Assembly (NCBI GenBank): GCA_040397175.1
Contig: JBBAWM010000001.1
Span: 377,976 to 441,975, forward strand
DNA: 64,000 bases
From: Candidatus Limnocylindrus sp.
GTDB lineage: Bacteria > Chloroflexota > Limnocylindria > Limnocylindrales > Limnocylindraceae
Direction: 5' to 3'
Below the pieces are notes generated by a model. It was not told the DNA's origin and did not search any database. It worked only from the letters and a program-made list of their open reading frames with translations. Positions 40,896 through 47,893 of the stretch are shown piece after piece. A program made the position numbers and the translations under genes. The stretch's first letter is position 1; each line of letters opens with the position of its first letter.

Positions 40896-41422
40896 GCTGG
40901 GACCTGCGCATCGGGACCAGAGATCCCAAGTCGTGGAATCTCAATGGCGGGGCAGCGATCTTGCACAAACGGAATAGATGCTTCAGCGGCAATCGATGCA
41001 GCGGCTGGGCTGATCACCCCAAGCTGGAGCCAAAGCCCACCTGCGCCAATGGCGACGGTTTCGCGTGCCACCTCCTCGCACTCCTCGGAGCGACGAAAGA
41101 CGTCAACGAGATCGATCCGTTCGCCAGCCGGTAGCGAGGCGGCAGCGGCACGAAGCGTGGGGAAGCAGGGGAGGCCTGCGACGCCGTCGCGCAGCGCCTC
41201 GGGGGTTGGGTTAATCGGGAGGATCCTCCATCCCGCCGCGGCCAGTGTGCGCAAGACGCCGTGTGAAGGGCGGTCGGGGCGCGGCGAGGCGCCAACGATC
41301 GCGATGGTTCGACTCTCCGTCAACATGCGGCGCATGAGCGCGTCTGCTGCGGCGGGTCCTGGGGCGCCCCCCTCGGCGGCCTCAATGGCTGCCCGTAGTC
41401 GTGCGCGTTCCTGCTCATCCAT
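40892..41422 (-). CDS. CoA-binding protein (YccU-like Rossmann fold)
   Basis: TIAIVGASPRPDRPS, PINP, IDLVDVFR, WLQLG, VQDRC. Confidence 0.92.
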   Translation of the reverse strand: MDEQERARLRAAIEAAEGGAPGPAAADALMRRMLTESRTIAIVGASPRPDRPSHGVLRTLAAAGWRILPINPTPEALRDGVAGLPCFPTLRAAAASLPAGERIDLVDVFRRSEECEEVARETVAIGAGGLWLQLGVISPAAASIAAEASIPFVQDRCPAIEIPRLGISGPDAQVPA

Positions 41423-41457
41423 AGGGGGATAGTACGCCGATCGCTAGACTGCCCCAC
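41423..41457. promoter_or_regulatory. Compact divergent promoter with back-to-back -10 boxes
   Basis: TACTAT on minus (41429-41434) 6 nt before ATG; TAGACT on plus (41445-41450) 7 nt before the dnaE GTG. Confidence 0.7.
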
Positions 41458-44400
41458 GTGAGCGCCAAGATTGATTTCACGCACCTCCACGTCCACAGCG
41501 AGTTCAGCCTGCTCGATGGCATGAGCAACCTGGAGGCCCTGATGGAGGAGACGAAGCGCCTTGGGATGGACTCGATCGCCCTCACCGACCACGGGGCCCT
41601 CTACGGCGCCGTGCAGTTCGTGCAGGCCGCAAAGCGGCACGGCATCAAGCCGATCATTGGCGTCGAGACCTACGTCGCGCGCCGAGGGATGCGTGATAAG
41701 GAGGGGAAGGCCGACCAGCAGCCGTTCCACCTCATCGCCCTCGCCACAAGCGGGACGGGCTATCGCAATCTCTGCCGCGTCGTGACCGACGCACATCTTG
41801 ATGGGCTCTACTACAAGCCACGTACCGACCACGATCATCTTGCGCGGCACGCAGAAGGACTCGTCGGCCTCTCGGGCTGCCTGAACGGCGAGATCGCCAG
41901 GGCGCTCGAGGTTGATGACTGGGAGCATGCGCGTGCTCTTGCCGGGAAGTATGGCGAAATCTTTGGGAAGGGGCGATTCTTCCTGGAGGTGCAAGATCAC
42001 GGACTCCCCGAGCAGCGTCGCCTCAACGAACAACTCTTCCGGCTCGCCCCCGAGGTCGGCCTGCCGCTCGTGCTGACGAATGACCTGCACTACGTGCGCG
42101 CCGATCAGCGTGATGCGCACGATGTCCTCCTCTGCATCGGTACGGCGAGCAACATTGAAACTCCAGGGCGAATGAAATTCGGCTCGGGTGAGTTCTATCT
42201 CAAGTCGCCGCAGCAGATGGCGGCCCTCTTCCCTGATCGCCCGGAGCTGCTCAAGAACACACGGCTCATCGCCGAGATGGTCGATTTCAGCCTGGAGCTC
42301 GGCACGACGCGCGTTCCAGACATTGAGGTACCTGCGGGCGAGAACGTCGAGACGTGGCTCACCAAGGAGGCGGAGCGCGGCCTGGTCCGCCGATTCGGCA
42401 CGCCGAGTGACGCGGCACGCGCGCGACTTGAGTACGAGCTGAACGTGATCATCAAGATGGGGTACGCCGCCTACTTCCTCATCGTGGCCGACTTCGTGCG
42501 CTTCGCGCGAGAGCAGGGGATCGCCACCACTTGCCGAGGCAGTGCTCCGGGCTCGATTGTCACCTATGCACTCGGCATCACCCCCGTAGACCCGCTGCAC
42601 TATGAGCTGCCGTTTGAGCGGTTCCTGAATCAAGACCGCGTCACCATGCCCGATATCGACATCGACTTTGAAGATGGCCGACGCGATGAGGTGATCCGCT
42701 ACGTCTCGCAAAAGTATGGTGAGGATCGGGTCGCGCAGATCATCACCTTCGGCACGATGGCGGCACGGGCATCGATTCGCGATGTTGGGCGAGTCCTCGG
42801 CAAGAGCTACAGCGAGGTTGATCGCATCGCCAAGTCTGTTCCGGCATTACTCAACATCAGCCTCGCCGACGCACGAAAGTCGCCAGAATTTGCGGCGTAC
42901 GCCGATGGCACGGAGTACAGCGAGCTCATCGGCCTCGCTGAGCAGCTGGAGGGGGTGGTTCGGAACGCATCCACGCACGCGGCGGGCGTGGTGATCAGCC
43001 GGGAGCCATTGACCGAGATCATGGCGCTCCAGCGCGCGACAAACTCTGAGGGGGTCATGACCCAGATTGAGATGCACGGAGTTGAGGCGCTCGGCCTCCT
43101 GAAGTTTGACTTCTTGGGACTGGCAAACCTCACCATCCTTCGAACGGCCGTAGATCGCATTCGCGAGACCCGAGGGATTGAGATCGACCTTGATGCGATC
43201 CCCCTCGACGACGCGAAGACGTTCGCACTCCTCGCATCGGGTGAAACGACGGGAATCTTCCAACTCGAGTCTCCTGGGATGCGCCGGTACATCAAGGAGC
43301 TCCGCCCAACGAGTGTCTACGACCTCGCCGCCATGGTGGCCCTCTATCGCCCGGGTCCGATGGCGAACATCCCGACCTACATCCGTCGTAAGCATGGTCA
43401 GGAGGCGGTGACATATCTGCACCCGCTCCTTGAACCGTTCCTCAAGCGAACCTACGGCGTCTTCGTCTATCAGGAGGACATCATGGCCGCCGCCTCGGCA
43501 CTCGGCGGTTTCTCGGGGCCGAAGGCGGACACCCTCGGGTATGCGGTGCGGAAAAAGAAAGAGGATGTGCTCGCGGGCTTGAAGCAAGAGTTCATCACGA
43601 GCGCAGCCGAGCGCGGGGTAGCGCGCGGCACGATCGATAAGGTGTTTGAAGCGTTTGAGCCGTTTGCGAACTACGGGTTCAACAAGGCACACGCCACCTG
43701 CTATGGACTGATTGCGTATCAGACTGCGTACCTCAAGGCGAACTACACGGTGGAGTACATGACCAGTGTGCTCAACGCGTTCCGCAGCAAAGAGGAGAAG
43801 GTTGCCGCAGCTATTGCGGAGTGTCGCCGCCTTGGCATCCCAGTGCTCCCTCCCGATGTTGACTTCTCTAATCTCGACTTTGAACCAGAAGGAGAGGCGA
43901 TCCGGTTTGGCCTCTTGGGGATCAAGAATGTGGGCGCCGGAGCTGCCGAGTCCATCGTTGCGGCGCGCGATGCGGGGGAGCCGGCGACTTCGCTGCAGGA
44001 GTTCTGCGAGCGAATTGACCTGCGCCTCGCAAACAAGCGCGTCCTTGAAGCGCTGGCGAAGGTCGGGGCGCTTCGTCGCTTCGGCCATCCGGCGCAGATC
44101 CTGCTCGCCCTTGATGACGCGATCTCTGGCGGCTCCAGTGCACAACGCGAGCGTGCGGCTGGGCAGGTCGGTCTATTCGATGCGATGCCGGAACTTGCCG
44201 GCGCAGGAATCCCTGCTCTCCCACATGTAACGGAAGCCTCGACGCGCGAACGGCTGCGTTGGGAGCGCGAACTGATGGGCGTCTACCTCAGCGATCACCC
44301 AATGAACGCGCTTGCGCCAGCGATGCAGTCCTATGTGGGCACCCTCGTTGGCGACTTTAGTGATGAGTCGTTCCGCGATGAGACGGCGACTCTCGGCGCG

Positions 44401-45147
44401 ATCGTCTTGAGCATTCGCCAGATGGTCACCAAGAAGGGCGCCTCCATGGCGATCGTTACGGTGGAAGATCTCACGGGGAGCATGGAGGTCGTGGTCTTCC
44501 CGCAAGTGTGGGAATCGACGAAGAGCTCTTGGATTGAGGGCGAGGGGATCCTCATCGCCGGTCGCACCGAGCAGCGCGGCGAAGAGTGGTCAGTACTCGT
44601 TGAATCCGTCGTTCCGTGGGAAGAGGCTTCGCGCCTCAGCGCCGACGCCGTCCGCTCCAAGCTCACCGTTGCAAGCGGGGGGCGGCGCTACGCAAAGCGT
44701 TCTGTCGCACCGCTCCCAAACGGCGGGATTCCCGTGGGCATGGTCCCTGAAGGGATAGAGACGAGTGGGCCGCTCATGCCAGAGCGTGCACCCGCCGAAT
44801 TTGACGCGGCTGTTGCGGTCGAGGCGCCACCCGCTGAGCCGCTCGTCGGGGCCATGTCGAATCCTGATCCGGTAGAGATTCCCGCGGGCGCGGTGCTGCA
44901 TATCAAGTTCAAGGCGCGCCAGTCCGTTGAGGAGACGATCCGCGCCATGGAGATCGTGAAGGGAGAGCTGCGTGCGCGACCAGGGGCGACCCGAGTTGTG
45001 GTGCACATCCCCCAGGCTGGTGGCGCCCAGCTCTTGCCGATGGAGCAGCGCAGCGGTGTCGCCTGGGATGCGGGCCTCCCCGCGATCCTGCGTGACCGCG
45101 TGGGGGGCGACGGGATTGAGTTGGAGCTGATCTCACCGGCAACCTGA
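41458..45147 (+). CDS. dnaE: DNA polymerase III alpha subunit
   Basis: PHP HLHVHSEFSLLDG/TDHG/TNDLHY, RGSAPGS, PDIDIDF, HAAGVV, YGFNKAHA, clamp motif QVGLF, OB fold. Confidence 0.98.
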   Translation: MSAKIDFTHLHVHSEFSLLDGMSNLEALMEETKRLGMDSIALTDHGALYGAVQFVQAAKRHGIKPIIGVETYVARRGMRDKEGKADQQPFHLIALATSGTGYRNLCRVVTDAHLDGLYYKPRTDHDHLARHAEGLVGLSGCLNGEIARALEVDDWEHARALAGKYGEIFGKGRFFLEVQDHGLPEQRRLNEQLFRLAPEVGLPLVLTNDLHYVRADQRDAHDVLLCIGTASNIETPGRMKFGSGEFYLKSPQQMAALFPDRPELLKNTRLIAEMVDFSLELGTTRVPDIEVPAGENVETWLTKEAERGLVRRFGTPSDAARARLEYELNVIIKMGYAAYFLIVADFVRFAREQGIATTCRGSAPGSIVTYALGITPVDPLHYELPFERFLNQDRVTMPDIDIDFEDGRRDEVIRYVSQKYGEDRVAQIITFGTMAARASIRDVGRVLGKSYSEVDRIAKSVPALLNISLADARKSPEFAAYADGTEYSELIGLAEQLEGVVRNASTHAAGVVISREPLTEIMALQRATNSEGVMTQIEMHGVEALGLLKFDFLGLANLTILRTAVDRIRETRGIEIDLDAIPLDDAKTFALLASGETTGIFQLESPGMRRYIKELRPTSVYDLAAMVALYRPGPMANIPTYIRRKHGQEAVTYLHPLLEPFLKRTYGVFVYQEDIMAAASALGGFSGPKADTLGYAVRKKKEDVLAGLKQEFITSAAERGVARGTIDKVFEAFEPFANYGFNKAHATCYGLIAYQTAYLKANYTVEYMTSVLNAFRSKEEKVAAAIAECRRLGIPVLPPDVDFSNLDFEPEGEAIRFGLLGIKNVGAGAAESIVAARDAGEPATSLQEFCERIDLRLANKRVLEALAKVGALRRFGHPAQILLALDDAISGGSSAQRERAAGQVGLFDAMPELAGAGIPALPHVTEASTRERLRWERELMGVYLSDHPMNALAPAMQSYVGTLVGDFSDESFRDETATLGAIVLSIRQMVTKKGASMAIVTVEDLTGSMEVVVFPQVWESTKSSWIEGEGILIAGRTEQRGEEWSVLVESVVPWEEASRLSADAVRSKLTVASGGRRYAKRSVAPLPNGGIPVGMVPEGIETSGPLMPERAPAEFDAAVAVEAPPAEPLVGAMSNPDPVEIPAGAVLHIKFKARQSVEETIRAMEIVKGELRARPGATRVVVHIPQAGGAQLLPMEQRSGVAWDAGLPAILRDRVGGDGIELELISPAT

Positions 45148-45195
45148 GGAAGATCCAGCCCTGCAGCATTCTGAAGAAGAGGGGAGAATAGGGGC

Positions 45196-46236
45196 ATGAG
45201 CAGCAAAGATTACGCATCCGTTCTCCTGCGGCAGTCCGCCCCAGAGGGTGTTGATTGGCGCACCATGTCGGTCGTTGCGCGAGCGCTACTCCTCACGCGC
45301 GCATCGGTCCTGCCGCTGACGATTCTTGGCGCGGGGCAGGGCCTCCTCTTTGCCTGGTGGAGCGGCAACATCAAGGAGGCAACGTTTGGCCTTAACTCCG
45401 TGAGCGGCATCCTCCTCGGATTCGCTGCCTTCTTTGGTGCAAATCTCGCCCACGCGGCAAACAACCTCGCAAACGACTGGCGCGACTATCACGACGGCCT
45501 CGATCGACCTGGCTACCCGCGCGCCGATTATTCGCCACACCCAATCGCGTCGGGCGCCATGTCGAGCCGCACGCTGCTTGTTGCGATCGGCATCTTGACC
45601 GCGCTGGCCGCAATCCTCGGTGGCTTCACCATGGTCGTTCGAAACGAGCCACTCCTCGGCGCCTTTGCGATCGCCGGCCTGATCCTCTCGTGGGGATACA
45701 CCGATCCACCGCTGCGCCTGAAGCGTCGCGGTCTCGGTGAGCTCTCCGCCTTCATCGTCTGGGGGCCACTGATGGGTGGCGGAACGTATCTCGCCGCTAC
45801 CGGCTCCATTGATGCGATCGCGTTGATCGCCACGCTGCCATGGGCGCTCTTCGTCACCGCTGTGCTCTTTGGTAAGCATCTCGACAAGATCGAGGCTGAT
45901 GGCTCGCGCGGCGTGAAGACGTTCGTCGTCCGCATCGGAGAGCGACGCGCTCGCGCCTTCACGACTGTTCTAATCTCCGCCGGCTATCTGGGGATCGCGA
46001 TCTTCTCGATCCCTGCGATCCATATCTTCCCGTGGTTTGTTGCGCCGCTCGCTGGGCTCGGCGCGATATCTGCGCTCCCAGCACTGAAGATCGTTGCTGC
46101 GCCCCGCCCGTCGGCACCGCCCGCAGGCTATCCGCTCTGGCCGCTCTGGCACGTTGGCGCGGCGTTCCTCGCCTCGCGCCCTGCAATGGGCGCGCTCCTT
46201 GTTGGACTGGTTGTTGGGGCGATCCTCGGCCGCTAA
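45196..46236 (+). CDS. menA: UbiA-family prenyltransferase (MenA-like)
   Basis: NLANDWRDYHDGLD, YTDPPLRLKRRGLGE, DKIEADGSRGVKT; multi-TM. Confidence 0.75.
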   Translation: MSSKDYASVLLRQSAPEGVDWRTMSVVARALLLTRASVLPLTILGAGQGLLFAWWSGNIKEATFGLNSVSGILLGFAAFFGANLAHAANNLANDWRDYHDGLDRPGYPRADYSPHPIASGAMSSRTLLVAIGILTALAAILGGFTMVVRNEPLLGAFAIAGLILSWGYTDPPLRLKRRGLGELSAFIVWGPLMGGGTYLAATGSIDAIALIATLPWALFVTAVLFGKHLDKIEADGSRGVKTFVVRIGERRARAFTTVLISAGYLGIAIFSIPAIHIFPWFVAPLAGLGAISALPALKIVAAPRPSAPPAGYPLWPLWHVGAAFLASRPAMGALLVGLVVGAILGR

Positions 46237-46247
46237 GCCTCGGGAGG

Positions 46248-46463
46248 TTACTTCCCCTTCGCCTCAGGTCGCGCGACGCGGGCGGGCGGAACGCGCAGGG
46301 CCTCAAACTTCGCAAGCTCAACCTCAATCGCTGCGACCTCTGCGGCGGCGGCTCGCCATTCAGATGAGCCGGCGGTTGCGGCGGCGCGCTTTGCGCGGGC
46401 GGCGCCGTGTTCGCGCATGAGGGTGGGGCGATCGGCGCGCGGGGTGAATGCCTTCTCGCTCAT
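46248..46463 (-). CDS. Small helical hypothetical protein (71 aa)
   Basis: Strong SD AAAGGGAGG before ATG 46463; lies directly downstream of tRNA-Leu. Confidence 0.7.
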   Translation of the reverse strand: MSEKAFTPRADRPTLMREHGAARAKRAAATAGSSEWRAAAAEVAAIEVELAKFEALRVPPARVARPEAKGK

Positions 46464-46484
46464 GTTGCCTCCCTTTAATGACGG

Positions 46485-46571
46485 TGGTGCCGAAGGCGGG
46501 ACTCGAACCCGCATGATCTCATCGACCGGCCGATTTTAAGTCGGATGCGTCTGCCATTTCGCCACTTCGGC
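46485..46571 (-). tRNA. tRNA-Leu(TAA)
   Basis: GCCGAAG.../CTTCGGC-A-CCA; anticodon loop CTTAAAA; long variable arm; GGTTCGAGTCC. Confidence 0.96.
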
Positions 46572-46598
46572 CCCCCTATCGTAGCGGGGCGGTGGCTT

Positions 46599-46684
46599 TG
46601 GTACCGAAGGTGGGAGTCGAACCCACATGACCTTTCAGTCGACCGATTTTGAGTCGGTTGCGTCTGCCATTTCGCCACTTCGGC
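46599..46684 (-). tRNA. tRNA-Leu(CAA)
   Basis: GCCGAAG.../CTTCGGT-A-CCA; anticodon loop CTCAAAA; long variable arm; GGTTCGACTCC. Confidence 0.96.
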
Positions 46685-46719
46685 ACCCGTAGATCCTAGC
46701 GGCGCGGCACACTAGGCAC

Positions 46720-47382
46720 ATGACACGCAGCGGCAGAGCGGGCGGTGGCGAGGGGGCTGAGCGTACGGCGCTGCTCGCCGCCGCACGAGCGGGCTCTCAG
46801 GACGCCTTCCGCGACCTCTTCACCCCCGACCTCGACCTTGCGTGGCGGATGGCGCTGCGCATCACGGGGAGCGAGGCGAGTGCCGACGACGCCTTGCAGG
46901 CGGGGCTAATTTCGGCATACCGCTCCCTCGACCGTGTCGAGCCGACGAATCTGCGTGGCTGGTTTGTGCGGATCGTGGAGAACGCCGCGCGCGACCTGAT
47001 GCGCCGTGAGCGCCGACACCCGACACTCCCGTTCGCGGGCGAATCGCCCGAGGAGGCGGGAGAGGGTGCACGGCGTGAACGATTCGCCGCAGAGCCACAG
47101 GCGGGGGTGGCCTCTGACCCAGCGCAGCGTGCTGAGGCGAGCGAGCTCGCCGCGGCCCTGGCCAAGGCTCTTGGGGTGATTCCCGAGGAGCGACGCCGGG
47201 CGATCTTCCTCTACGACGTGGATGGCTATGACTATGCAGAGATCGCCGAACTGACCGGGGTATCGGTAGGAACGATTAAGAGCCGCATCAGCCGAGGGCG
47301 CGAGGAGCTGCGTCGCCTCCTCGCCGACCTGCGGCCGGGAACCGCTGGCGCACCGTTATCGTTGGGAGAGCGAGATGAATAA
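46720..47382 (+). CDS. ECF sigma-70 factor
   Basis: Region 2 (ADDALQ, LRGWFVRIVENAARD) and region 4 (YAEIAELTGVSVGTIKSRISRGR). Confidence 0.94.
   Translation: MTRSGRAGGGEGAERTALLAAARAGSQDAFRDLFTPDLDLAWRMALRITGSEASADDALQAGLISAYRSLDRVEPTNLRGWFVRIVENAARDLMRRERRHPTLPFAGESPEEAGEGARRERFAAEPQAGVASDPAQRAEASELAAALAKALGVIPEERRRAIFLYDVDGYDYAEIAELTGVSVGTIKSRISRGREELRRLLADLRPGTAGAPLSLGERDE
47338..47363 (+). promoter_or_regulatory. ECF-type promoter GGAAC-N17-CGTT inside the sigma gene 3' end
   Basis: GGAAC 47338-47342, CGTT 47360-47363, 11 nt before the downstream ATG. Confidence 0.6.
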
Positions 47383-47857
47383 CGCCTCTAGCACCCCTGA
47401 GCACGATGTGCTGAGCGCCTATCGCGCCAGTGAGCCCCGCCGCGCCCGCGACCCGTTCGCTAACCCCGCCCTGCGCCTCGAGGTCGCACGCATCGCTGAA
47501 GCTCGCGCCCAGCGCGCTGCCAGCGGCTGGCGATCAGCCCTCTTTGGCTGGATGAGCGCCGCGCCGCGTGGAGCCCTCGCGGGCGCCGCCTTCTCTGCAG
47601 CACTCCTGCTTGGGGGCGTTGCTGGCCAGTTGGCAGGCAGCACCGATGGCACCTCGCGAATGGAGGCGGGGGCGGTCCCGCTTGCAGCGAGCCTGGCCCC
47701 CGGAGCCTCGATTGATGCGAAGGCGGATGGCGCGAGCGACGGGCTCCTTGAGTCGGAGACGCTAGACGGCGCCACCATCGCCTCTGGGGTCGCACTCCTT
47801 CTGATGACGGGGAGCCTTGCGGTGGTCTTCGTGAGCGTGCGAAGGCGTCGCGCTTAG
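47375..47857 (+). CDS. Putative membrane anti-sigma factor
   Basis: Overlaps the sigma stop; soluble N-terminus, two hydrophobic segments, RRRR tail. Confidence 0.6.
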   Translation: MNNASSTPEHDVLSAYRASEPRRARDPFANPALRLEVARIAEARAQRAASGWRSALFGWMSAAPRGALAGAAFSAALLLGGVAGQLAGSTDGTSRMEAGAVPLAASLAPGASIDAKADGASDGLLESETLDGATIASGVALLLMTGSLAVVFVSVRRRRA

Positions 47858-47893
47858 CCGAAGGGCCCTGCACTCCTGCGGTACCCTCGGGGT

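Noticed and set aside
46475-46678. 67-aa plus-strand ORF over the tRNAs
   Set aside because: Entirely overlaps the tRNA-Leu genes; spurious
46485-46684. Direct repeats that could be CRISPR repeats or att sites
   Set aside because: Explained by two homologous complete tRNA-Leu genes; no cas or integrase gene nearby
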